Shown one piece after another: positions 52,001 through 63,110 of a stretch of DNA of 64,000 bases (position 1 is its first letter; each line of letters begins with the position of its first letter). Source of the DNA: Sphyrna mokarran (lineage: Eukaryota); the NCBI GenBank assembly GCA_024679065.1, contig JAGIQG010000009.1, positions 95,604,001-95,668,000 on the forward strand. The letters are read 5' to 3'. The position numbers and the translations under genes were made by a program. The notes beneath the pieces are model-generated. The model saw nothing but the letters and a program-made list of their open reading frames with translations, ran no database searches and was not told where the DNA came from.

Positions 52001-53571
52001 AAACAATCTTACCGTAAATCACCACCAGTGTCTCCTTCATCCCGCTGTGTTCCACCCGACAGGAATACTCGGCCTGGTCATGTGGATCAAACTCAATCCA
52101 TTTCCGGATCTGGTAGGTGCTGTCGTGATTGGGTAAGATCCCAGTGGACAGAGTCTCATCAATCACCACTCCATCTCTGCACAGATTCACCTCGATGGCT
52201 TGAGGGTAAAACCCGGTGACGGCACAGGACAGCCGGTTAGAATCACCCAGACGGGTGAAGGACACGACAGGGGCAACTGAGAGAGAAAGAAAGAGGAGTC
52301 AGTACAGAAACCTCGAAACAGAGTGTCCCGGCATCACCCCCTTCACCGACTCTCGCTCCCCCCCCCCCCACTCACCGACTCTCGCTCCCCTCCCCCCACT
52401 CACCGACTCTCGCTCCCCCTCCCCCCACTCACCGACTCTCGCTCCCCCTCCCCCATTCACCAATTCTTAATTTTCCCTGTCCATACTCCAGGTATTTTCT
52501 CAGCCACTCGATACACTCCACGTCCAGGTAATGTTTCCATCGCTGGTTGTCATGAGTCTGCTGGTCCCAGTTGTTTTTGATGCTCTCCCCCCAGGGCACC
52601 GGGGTCACCCACACCATGTGATTCTTGTCAAAGCTCAGAACATCATGACCGTTCCAACCATGTTGGCTGAATCCACTCGTGGTCCCATCATCCCCCAGCT
52701 CACATCCAATCATCAGTTGGCAGATAAGGATCCCTGTGGTTCAGAAACACAAACAGCCAATTAGGGATACTCCTAATGGTTGTTTCCACCTGCATAGCCA
52801 ATCAGAATCATTCTCACTGAGCAATCGCATCCAACCAGCCAATCAACATCAACTATAATTGCCAACCCACACACAGCCAATCAGAGCCAGCCTCAATCCC
52901 TCCACACATTCACAGCCAATCACATTTCGTGTCACATCTCCAATCGCAGCCAATCAGCCTCTGGCTCCCGGTTCCTGATCCACTCTGGGTTTCTCCTCAT
53001 TCCCGCCTGGATCCCCGGGTGTTGGGAGAGTGAGCGCTCACCTCCCGTCTGGTTGCTCCGGGACATGAAGAATGGAATCCGATGTTTGAAATGCATCTCC
53101 TGCTCCCGCGCGAGGATATTCTTCCTCGCCCAGGCTGCCGGACCCTCGCTCTCCACCATCCACTGCTCCCGGGGGATCAGCTCCCCCCGATCACTGTCGT
53201 ACATAACAAATTGGACACCGTCCACATAACCGACAACTATAAACTCCGGGAAACCCGGGATCGGAGTCATTCCCGTGAGGAAATACCGGAGAGAGTGAGA
53301 GCCTGAAATAGAGAGAGACAGAATTCAGGATATACACCCGAAAAACACCAACACCCTCACACACACAGATCAGGGCATGAACCCCAAAACACTGATTCCA
53401 AACTGAGAGTAAGACCTCCACCCAGCCTGGCATTGCCCCTCTCAAACCCCATCACTCACTGACCCAGGGTTAATTCCCCAGTACCCAGCCTGGCATTGTC
53501 CCTCTCACACATCATCACTCACCTGTAGATACCTCTCCACACAGAAGGACCAGCACTATCAGTCCAATCAT
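43003..53571 (-). CDS. MHC class I heavy chain, gene C (complete, non-classical-like, 343 aa)
   Basis: join(53523-53571,53042-53302,52461-52733,52013-52276,43682-43786,43245-43277,43003-43049) = 1032 nt. All introns GT-AG, frame open to TGA: leader/alpha1/alpha2/alpha3/TM/cytoplasmic tail. Confidence 0.93.
43245..43277 (-). CDS. Gene C exon 6, cytoplasmic (Tyr-containing)
   Basis: 33-nt exon GKGKRDYNPTN; ttttacAG acceptor and GTaag donor. Confidence 0.82.
43682..43786 (-). CDS. Gene C exon 5, connecting peptide and TM
   Basis: EPKSRSHVAVTVGIVLGVLVLITLIIVAVVIYNKK; hydrophobic stretch followed by basic residues; AG/GT ends. Confidence 0.9.
43792..45365. repeat. (GA/GAAT)n polypurine microsatellite containing an assembly gap (N 44000-44233)
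   Basis: Seen directly in sequence. Confidence 0.95.
46455..49200 (+). mobile_element. Degenerate CR1-clade LINE, paralogue of 770-2390, interrupted by a younger CR1
   Basis: Host sequence resumes at ~48620 after the nested insertion. Confidence 0.85.
47559..48617 (+). mobile_element. Young 5'-truncated CR1 LINE (nested)
   Basis: RT motifs GVPQGSVLGP and KFADD; (TTCTATG)n tail; TGTAT at both junctions. Confidence 0.92.
50435..51320. mobile_element. Penelope-like inverted fragments
   Basis: ORF 50770-50982 matches the GIY-YIG C-terminus (GEHF...GLNRDLGFMSHYL). Confidence 0.78.
52013..52276 (-). CDS. Gene C exon 4, alpha3
   Basis: Ig C1 motifs C...FYP and YxCxVxH; 264 nt. Confidence 0.95.
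52461..52733 (-). CDS. Gene C exon 3, alpha2
   Basis: GILICQLMIGCELGDDG...HYLDVECIEWLRKYLEYGQGKLRI; 273 nt; donor GTGAAT. Confidence 0.95.
53042..53302 (-). CDS. Gene C exon 2, alpha1
   Basis: GSHSLRYFLTGMTPIPGFPEFIVVGYVDG...WARKNILAREQEMHFKHRIPFFMSRSNQTG; 261 nt. Confidence 0.95.
53523..53571 (-). CDS. Gene C exon 1, signal peptide
   Basis: MIGLIVLVLLCGEVST; donor G|GTGAGT. Confidence 0.9.
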
Positions 53572-53677
53572 CGCTGATTCCCTCGTGTTGGGGAAGCATT
53601 TGGAGGAAACTCTTTTTCGAAGAAAGACCATTTTCTCAACTCACTTCTTTTGACTTTCCCGGTTCACACTGAACCTC

Positions 53678-53810
53678 AATCTGATTGGACACAAAATAGG
53701 AGTGAACCAATCAGAATAAAGAGATTCAGTGAGTCATCAGTCTCCGGCAGAATAGAAAAAAAGCAGGTTGAGAAACGGGCTCAATGTTGAGAACCGTCCA
53801 ATCCAGTAAA
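53678..53810 (-). promoter_or_regulatory. Gene C promoter, X/X2/Y-like module
   Basis: Minus GCCGGAGACTGA-TGACTCA, 15 nt, CTGATTGG; paired inverted CCAAT boxes at 53681-53714. Confidence 0.75.
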
Positions 53811-54434
53811 TAGACCTGATGACATCATCAGCTGGAAGGCGTTCGATGGACAGAAAAAGGACATTAAGAACATCTAATTAGATCACTGCTGATCTGGACC
53901 CCAGTTTCTGATTATAAACCAGATCTTTAGATATCATTACCCAATAAAAAATCTCGAATTGTCCAGATATTCATTTTTTTGTGCAAAGACTGGATGTGAA
54001 TTCCACACGACTGAATCACTTCCACATTATAAACAGATCAAACAGATCTCCACTCAACATTCTAAATCTAGGGAATAAAAACCAAGTTCATACAAATTCA
54101 TTTCTGGAGATCAACATTGCACCCTCTCCAAGACCAATCTCCCCATCCTGAAGTATGGTGTCCAGAACTGAAGACAGTGACTCCAGGCGGAGTCTGAAGA
54201 AAGTCTCTCTGTAAAACTGATACTTCACTTCCATCTCTTTGTACACCATCCAGAAACAATCAATGTTGCATTAGACAGACTGGTGAAATGGACAGATAAC
54301 AGTTGAACTACAATCCAATGATGTATTTTAAGTGCTGCAGTTTGAACAGAAGAATGTACAGAAGTAATGTAAACTGAATGATAGTTATAAAGGGATTGTC
54401 GGAACAGAGAAACCTGACTGAGTATGAGGCTTTT

Positions 54435-54910
54435 GACCTCTGATCTTCGGGTAAGTGTTCTCTAAGGCAGCCTTCACAACATACGACAGCTCAAAGTTGC
54501 TGAGAAGAGACTGATAGCCACATGAGGACAGCCTCAACCGGGATCTTGGTTCATGTCATACCATTTGTAACCCCCACGGCTTGCCTGGACCTGCAAAATC
54601 TCACTCACTGTCCTGTCGGGCGACAATACACATCTCTTTAACCTGTGCTTAACGCTCTCTCCAGTCACATTGTCTGTACCTTTTAAGACTTGATTAACTG
54701 TAAATACTTGCATTGCAATCAGTATTCTGTAAACTGAGTTTGTGTTTTTATATGCCCTGTTTGTGAACACAACTCCCACTTAACCTATGAAGGAGCAGCA
54801 CTCCAAAAGCTAGTGGCATTTGCTACCAAATAAGCCTGTTGGACTTAAACCTGGTGTTGTGATACTACTTACTGTGTTTACCCCAGTCCAACGACAGCAT
54901 CTTCACATCA
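54435..54910 (+). mobile_element. Penelope-like 3' fragment
   Basis: Matches the element end at 10230-10695. Confidence 0.75.
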
Positions 54911-57182
54911 GGAGAATGAGGCTGGCAGGAAGGTATGATGAGATTGTGAAAGAAGCATATTTACCCCATTGCTTTGTAAATAGAGGCACAGAGTACAAAA
55001 ACAAGGAGGTCTCACTGAACATTGATAAAATATTGATTAGATCTCAGCTGGAGAATTGACCTCACCTCTGGTCATAGTGTTTTAGGAAGAATATCAAGGT
55101 ATTCAAGAGAGTGCAGAGGAGATTTGCTGGGATGTTATTGCATTTAAATGCGAGGTGATGCATTTTGGGAGAAATAATGTAGGGGGGAGGTATATGATAA
55201 AGGGTAGACCTATTAAGAGTATAGAAATGCAGAGAGACCAGGAGGTGCAAATGCGCATGCCTTTGAAGGTGGCAATACAGGTGGAGAAGATTGTGAAGAA
55301 AGTTTATGATACACCATTAAAATGGTGGTGCGGGCTCGTTAGGTCGAAGGGGGGCCTGTTTCCCTTGCTGTGTCATCCTTTGTTCTTTGTATAAGAGACT
55401 TCTGAATGACACTGGGACAATTCAATGTGTTGGGCTACGCATATCTTTCATAAAACATGGAAAGACTGAGTTTGAGTCCCTAATAATGGATGCTGACCTG
55501 GAGTTTATTTCTATAAATATGACCATTAACATCACCTTGGACAGGGAGCCAGCCTACCTTCACCTGACGGGTATGGTACTTGGGGAAGAGATGTTTGCCA
55601 GTTTTGGATTCGAATCACTTTAATTGATGGGGAATAAAACTGAAAGGCAAAAGCTGGTGATGTTTTGGAAATTGAATTACAGGAACAAACTTTAATTTGA
55701 ACTCAGTCTCTTTGGGGAGTGAGATTAGAAATTGATATGATTCCATCTGATTCTCTCTCCATCTTGCCTCAAATTGTGTCTGGTTCAAAACCTGTTGCAA
55801 CAGAATCCTCATCTGACTGTCACTGTCTGCATTTTGAACCTGCAAAGTTCAACAGGAAGAAATGGTCCAGATCCATATTCTCCTCCACGCCAATGCCCTG
55901 TTGGTGTGAGACTCCAGACGCCCACTGGTCTTAACATGAGGGAACACCAGCTTGACAACATTGAACCCATTCAAACTTTATCCTTTATTTTTAAAAAAGC
56001 CTATTCTCTAAAGCACATCTCTGCATTGACACCCTGCTCAGGAGTTGGGGGTAATATTTTTTACATGAACAGAGGACTGGTTAACAGACAGGAGACAGAG
56101 ATTGGACATAAATTTTTGAATTGGCCAAATGTGACTAATGGAGTGTCAATAGGATCAGTGCTGGGACATCAATTTCCAATCTACATTCATGACTGACACC
56201 AAGAGGCTGAGTGTAATGTATCTAAATTTACAACAGCTACAATGCCAGGTGGAAGTGCAACCTGTGGAGGACAAAGAGAAGCTGCAAAGAGATGTGGACA
56301 ACTTAAGTGAAAGTACAAGGTGGCAGATACATGTAGCGTATGGGGTTACACTGCATCTCAACACAATATGGCCTTCAGCACATTCACACTGGTCCGTACA
56401 GATGTCACTCTGCTGAAGCCAGCTGACCAGTTTAAATTGGAAAATGTCCATCCTTCAGTAACAGCATCCTACTTCGTTATACTGTACAAGGGAGAAATAA
56501 AAAGAGTGCAGAGTAAGAGACAGAGTCAGAGTGAATTGTGGCTCTAAGACACAGATGGTCAAAACCAAGTACTGGTTCCAGGAAACCTTGTAAAATCTGT
56601 TTTTTTACCAAGAAAACTTCCATCAAAGAGACAGAATCTCAATGATATTATATCAAAGACAGGCGCAGTATTAATCTCACACTCAGCCTCAGTTACCTGT
56701 TATAATCTCTGCAGATTTCAGACAAAAATGCTTTGTGAAATAAATGATTGTGTGTAAGAATATTTCTGAGACCAGGCCACATTTATTTACTTATTAATTC
56801 AGGTGTAATGGAGTTTTGTCTGTGGGCTCAGTGAATGCACATTGCACAGTGATTGTGTCTTGGAGGTGAAATGTGGCTTCCTGTTTCACACAGTGGGAAA
56901 GCATCAGAACCATTCATATATCGCAGAGAGCAGAGCTGTGGGGCTGTTCAACTTTGCTGGCAAGGATAGAAAAGTAGAAAACTTTTTTTTTCAATGAGAG
57001 ACATGTGTGCACTCAACAAGAACCACAAAAAAATCCATGAGGTAGAAATCATAGAATCCCAACAGTGCAGAAGGAGGCCATTCAAACTGTCAAATCTGAA
57101 CACAATTCTCCACCAGAGCATTCTTACACAGGCCAATTCCTGTAACCCAGCTAACCCCACTAACCTACTCATCTTTCAACAT

Positions 57183-57389
57183 TCACATCTCATCACTCAC
57201 TGACCCAGGGTTAATACCCCAGTACTCAGCCTGGCATTGCCCTTCTCACACCTCATCACTCTCCGATCCAGGGTTAATACCCCAGTACCCAGCCCGGTAT
57301 TGCCCTTCTCACACCTCATCACTCACTGACCCAGGGTTAATACCCCAGTACTCAGCCTGGCATTGTCCCTCTCACACCCCATCACTCAC
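57183..57389. repeat. 63-bp intron 1 tandem repeat
   Basis: About three copies here, two at 53420-53522, and one partial copy in gene A. Confidence 0.8.
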
Positions 57390-57438
57390 CTGCAGACACC
57401 TCTCCACACAGAAGGACCAGCACTATCAGTTCAATCAT
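57390..57438 (-). pseudogene. Orphan duplicated class I leader exon (alternative exon 1 or remnant of a fourth gene)
   Basis: MIELIVLVLLCGEVSA G|GTGAGT with intact ATG and donor; intron 1 homology ends at ~57183 against a SINE. Confidence 0.8.
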
Positions 57439-57544
57439 TGCTGCTTCTCTCGTGTTGGGGAAACATTTGGAGGAAACTCTTTTTCAAAGAGACACCATTT
57501 TCTCAACTCATTCCTTTTGTCTTTCCCTGTTCACCCTGAACCTC

Positions 57545-57670
57545 AATCTGATTGGACACAAAATAGGACTGAGCTAATCAGAATAAAAGATTCAGTGAGT
57601 CATCAGTCTCCGGCAGAATAGACACAAACAGCGTGAGAAACTGCCTCAATGTTGAGAACTGTGCAATCAG
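57545..57670 (-). promoter_or_regulatory. Duplicated class I promoter upstream of the orphan leader
   Basis: Aligns to 53678-53810; X/X2 intact, X-proximal Y box mutated (plus strand CTAATCAG). Confidence 0.7.
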
Positions 57671-58139
57671 GTAAATATAGTTGGTTTCTCACAGTGGGAC
57701 AGTGGTTAGTTAGCACTGCTGCCTCACTGTAAGAAGTCTGACAACATCAGGTTTATGTTCAACTGATTTATTTGATAATAAACTCGCAAGCTTTCGGCGT
57801 TTGCCCCTTCGTTAGGGACAGAAGGAAGGACATTTGAGCTAAGCATTCAATTAGATCATCAGTTTCTGAACTCCAGTTTCTGATAATAATCCATACCCTT
57901 AGATATCATTACCCAATAAAAATCTATCACTCTTACATTTTAAAGTTCCAATTGTTCACAATCTTTGGTGGAGAAACTGGATGTGGATTCCAGAATACTG
58001 AATCATTTTAACATTATAAAAAGATCTCCCCTCCAAATTCTAAATTCTCTGGAGTAAAAATCAAGTTGATACAAATCTTCAAACTTTATCCTTTAGTTTA
58101 AATACCCTAAACTCTAAAGTGCATCCCAATATAGAGATT

Positions 58140-59940
58140 CTTTCATGTCCATTGTCAGTTTTGTGGAATTGGGGGTAATATTTTTGTATGAATAGAGGAT
58201 TGGTTAATAAGAACATAAGAACAAGGAGCAGGAAGAGGCCATTTAGTCCCTCGAGCCCGCTCTGCCATTCAATAAGATCATGGCTTCTGTTTTTTGTAGA
58301 CTCAGCTCCACTTGTCCACCTGCTCACCACAACTCTTTGATAAAGGGTCATCTGGACTTGAAACATCCACTCTCTTTTCTCTCCTTACAGATGCTGCCAG
58401 ACCCACTGAGACTTTCCAGTGTTTTCTCTTTTGGAAGCAGAACACTTAATTCCTTTACTGCTCAAAAATTTATCTATCCTTGTCTTAAAAGCATTCAGTG
58501 AGGTAGCCTCAACTGCTTCACTGGGCAGCGAATTCCACAGATTCACAACAACTTGGGTGAAGGAGTTTCTCCTCAACTCAGTCCTAAACCTGTTCCATTC
58601 TATTTTGAGGCCATTCACACCGACTCTTTGTTTTCTGTTAGTTAACAAATTCTCTATCCATGCTAACACCGTGCACCATTATCTTATGCAGCAGCCTTTC
58701 GTGCGGCACTTTGTCAAATGCCTTCTGAAAATCAAGATCCACCGCATCCACAGATTCCCCATTGTCCACTGCGTATGTAGTTTTCTCAAAGAATTTCACC
58801 AAATTAGTTAAACATGACCTGACTCTCATGAACTCGCTGCATCTTCCCAATGGAATAATTTACATCCAAATGTCAAATAGACAAGAAAGATGGGCCATTT
58901 TCAAGTTGGCCAGCTCTAGTTAGTGAAGTGTCACTCGGATCAGTGCTCGGACAATCAACCATTTACAATCTACATTCATGACTCAGGGCAAGAAGACGGG
59001 TGTAGTGTATTTAAACTTGCAGCAGTTACAAAGCTAGGTGAAAATGTGGAAGGATTAAACTGGTTAGGATTGTATTCATTGAGGTCTTGAAGAATGAGGA
59101 GGATTGCACAGAAACTTGTAAAATTCAAAGAGGCCTCTACAAGGTAGTTCTAGGAAGGATGTTCCCAATGATGGGGGAGTTGAGAACCAGGGATTGTCAT
59201 CTGAGGATACAAGTTAAACCATTGAAGTCTGAGATGAGGAGAAATTTCTTCATCTCGAGAGTGGTAAGCCTATGGAATTTACTATTGCAGACAGCAGTTG
59301 GGGACAAAACATTGCATATTTTCATGAAGCAGATAGTTATAGCAAGTGGGGCAAAGGGAATCAAAGGATATGTGGGAAGGCTGGATTGAGTTGGAAAATC
59401 AGCCATGATCATAATGAATGGAAGAGCAGGTTTGATGGGCTGAATGGCCTGTTCCTGTTCCTATTTTCTGAGTTTCTATGAAATGCAAACCGTGTGGAGG
59501 ATTAGAAAGCTGCAAAGAGATTTGGACAAGTTAAGTGAATGGTTGGGATTTATTCATTGGAGTTTAGAAAAATGGGAGTTAATCTCACTGAAATATTAGA
59601 TTCTGATAGGAATTGATAGGGTTGATACTGAACGATTCTTTCTGTTGTTGAGCAATTAAATATGAGGATAAAGCCTTAGGGTGAATCAGTTAACATGAGG
59701 AAAAATTTCTTCACTGAAAGAACTGTGAATCTTTGGAATTCTCTACCCAAGAGTATTGTGGATGCATCATTACTGAATATATTGAAGATAGACAGATTTG
59801 TGATATTCACCAAATGGAGGTTTACAGAGGGTAGGAATGAAAATGAAGATGAGGTAGAAAATCAGCTATGATTGTATTGAATGATGGGACAGGCGCATGA
59901 GGATGAAGGGATTATTCCTTCTGTTATCTCTCATGTTCTT
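58140..59940. mobile_element. Mosaic of old CR1 fragments in both orientations
   Basis: SCLTNLVKFFE/DFQKAFDKVPH on minus (58638-58850); CR1 3' ends on plus. Confidence 0.65.
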
Positions 59941-60054
59941 TATTGACTGAGGATTAATATCTAACCCTGGAACTTCCAACTCACACCTCATCACCCACAG
60001 AAATCACTGCACATAGAGGGATCAGCATTATCAATACCTCTGTGATATTTGTCC

Positions 60055-60815
60055 CTCATTGTGTGAGCTGTGTCCTGTACTGATACTGTCTCTCTCAGTG
60101 TGTGAGCTGTGTCCTGTATTGATACTGTCTCTCTCAGTGTGTGAGCTGTGTCCTGTACTGATCCTGTCTCTCTCAATGTGTGAGCTGTGTCCTGTACTGA
60201 TACTGTCCCTCTCAGTGTCTGAGCTGTGTCCTGTACTGGTACTGTCCCTCTCAGTGTGTGAACTGTGTCCTGTATTGATACTGTCCCTTTCAGTGTGTGA
60301 ACTGTGTCCTGTATTGATACTGTCCCTCTCAGTGTGTGAGCTGTCTCCTGTACTGATACTGTCTCTCTCAGTGTGTGAGCTGTGTCCTGTATTGATACTG
60401 TCTCTCTCAGTGTGTGAGCTGTGTCCTGTAGTGATACTGTCTCTCTCAGTGTGTGAGCTGTGTCCTGTACTGATCCTGTCTCTCTCAGTGTGTGAGCTGT
60501 GTCCTGTAATGATCCTGTCTCTCTCAGTGTGTGAGCTGTGTCCTGTACTGATACTGTCCCTCTCAGTGTGTGAGCTGTGTCCTGTACTGATCCTGTCTCT
60601 CTCAATGTGTGAGCTGTGTCCTGTACTGATACTGTCCCTCTCAGTGTCTGAGCTGTGTCCTGTACTGGTACTGTCCCTCTCAGTGTGTGAACTGTGTCCT
60701 GTATTGATACTGTCCCTTTCAGTGTGTGAACTGTGTCCTGTATTGATACTGTCCCTCTCAGTGTGTGAACTGTGTCCTGTATTGATACTGTCTCTCCCAC
60801 TATATGAGCTCTGTG
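60055..60815. repeat. 39-bp satellite (longer paralogue)
   Basis: Same unit, ~19 copies; the variant pattern recurs at 429-bp spacing. Confidence 0.95.
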
Positions 60816-62851
60816 CTGTACTTGATTTGAAAAAGTGAATGGCTGATCAGAGTTAAATTGAAAGATAAAATGGTGCATAAAGAAACAGTATGTGGAGATT
60901 GGATGCTTGGATCAGAGTAGGGAAATTGGAATGATTGGGAGAAATTCGACAGGAAGAAACAAATAGTGAGAGATCATGGAGATGTGAGACCAAAGATTAG
61001 ATTATTGAATCAGGATGAAGAAATGGATCTCGCTGTTTTTCAGGAATGGGCTGTTGATGTCTGGTTGGTGGAATATCAGAAGCAGGTTCGAAAAAAGAAA
61101 TGAAACACTGTCGCTGCAAGAGTGGATCAGAGGCTGGGAATTTGGTGGAGAGAAACTCAGCTCTTGGGCAAAATGCTATTCGGTGCAGACTCGAGGGGCC
61201 GAATGTCCTCCTTCTGCACTACAAGGATTCTATGGTTGATCGATGGTTGAGTTTATTCAGACAACAACTGAAAACAGGAAGAGGAGAGAGAGGGAGAGGT
61301 TGTTGATGTTCTGTGAATTCCGTGTTGAAGTTGGAAAATTCTGGGTGAACTGAGGCGGTTTGATGCTGTTGTCCGGATTGTAACCGCGGGGAGACAGACC
61401 TGGGGCAATGCCATTGAGATGATGGAAAATGAGCTGCCGGATTGACTGTTGTCGGAAAGAGAGAAAGTTAAAATAAATTTCAAATCGAAACCGGGACTGA
61501 AGCCGATCCTCGGCTTCCGGGTGGGAGAAAATAAACAGGAAAATTGCAGTGAAATAGAAATTAGTGAGTGCAAGGAATTTCAGATTGTGTCCCCAGAACT
61601 GAGAAAATAAAACAAGTTTTACTTTTTAAGTTGAAGAAGTTTGTAGAAGTTTTTGGAATTGAAACACACTCTGTTAGAAACTCCGCCCTCTGTTGTTTCA
61701 ATGGAACAATCTTCAATGTTTCCTTTTCTGTTATTTGTGAAACGCGGTTTTCCCTTCATTTCAATAACAGACATTAGTGAAGAAAGAAAATGTGATGGAT
61801 TTTATTTTATCTCCTTTAAAAGGCACGTTTTTAATGTTGAAAAGATCCAGAGTGAAACTTGAAGTGATGTGAGAAAGAATTGTGTGTCCAGATGTGTGTG
61901 TGTAAATGTCCTGTTAGTGAATGAGGAAAGGCTGTGTGAATGCTCTGCATTGCTGTTCCTTCAGACCGGCTCCAATTCTGATGTGTTTTCCTGAAAATGG
62001 TGAGGTCTAAAGGGGGAGAACAGTTTAAAAGTTTTGAAACTGAAAACTTGTAACCGCTACAATGAAAAAAAGACAGAAGAAATTGGAATTCACAAATTCG
62101 TTACATGTGAATTAATATTTTAAGAAGAAATTTGCTGGGATTTAAAATACACTTTAGCTTCTTTCTGTGAATGTTCTGAAGTAAACCATACATGTGACTG
62201 TCTCAATTTCAGATGATTTGAAAAATGTAAGTATCATTTAATTTTCTGCTTAAATAATTATGTGTCATCTAAGATAAAGAGCAAACGTGTTAGTGCCAGA
62301 AATCAAATTCAATGTCAAAAAATTATATTTGATTACCAATATTATCCAGAGCTCATAGTTGAGAGAGGATGGAAAATAATGGGATGTTTGTCCAAGGAGA
62401 GTGATTGAGAGATGTAGTGTTAGGAAACATACACACTGCACACATATCAGCATCATCATGGGTGTAATCTAGTATTGAGATATATTTTACAGAAAGAAAA
62501 ATAGTTTAGATGGGTAATTTGCTGACTTTCTCTTGGTGATGTTTGTGCCCTTGTACAGAGGAAGGTTCCTAACCAGCTAATAAGATTTTTAAACAGGATC
62601 TCTCAAAAGACAGAACATTAGTAAAGTGTTACATGATCCTTACAACAAGCTAACAAGAATCATTTACACAAATATGAAGGCAGAAACAGAATCAAACAAG
62701 TAGTTATGATTTAAAAACATATATGTTGATATTTTAAACATATGTTAAATTTATTATTCACATCAGCCAAAGCAAGCAGTACAGAGACTCATTCACAAGC
62801 TGCACTGGGCACAGCATCTTATTTGGCCAAACCTAAAGACATCTCCTGGTC

Positions 62852-63110
62852 TGGGCAGCACAGTGGTTAGCACTTCTTCATAGCGCCAGGGGCTTGGGTT
62901 CGATTCCTGGCTTGGGCAACTGTTTGTGCCGAGTCTGCACATTCTCCCCGTCTCTTTGTGGGGTTCTTCCCGCATTCTGAAAGTTGTGCTGTTGAGGTGC
63001 ATTGGAAATGCTAAATTTTCCCTCAGTGTAACTGAACAGATGCCAGAGGATTTTCACAGTAAGCTTCACTGCAATGTTAACATAAGTCTATTTGTGACAC
63101 TAATAAATAA
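62852..63110 (+). mobile_element. tRNA-derived SINE
   Basis: GCAGCACAGTGGTTAGCAC...GGTTCGATTCC; the paralogue at 13395-14300 is split by later insertions. Confidence 0.7.

Noticed and set aside
43003-53571. Calling gene C classical UAA, MR1, CD1 or class II
   Set aside because: The three-domain heavy-chain exon structure is class I, several peptide-anchor residues are missing, and lineage needs a phylogeny, so no symbol is given.
59991-60878. Long ORFs on both strands (295 and 259 aa), also 32728-33230
   Set aside because: A 39-bp (13-codon) stop-free satellite with no coding or splice evidence.
62852-62910. tRNA gene
   Set aside because: A/B boxes continue into a SINE body and tail, with no complete cloverleaf.
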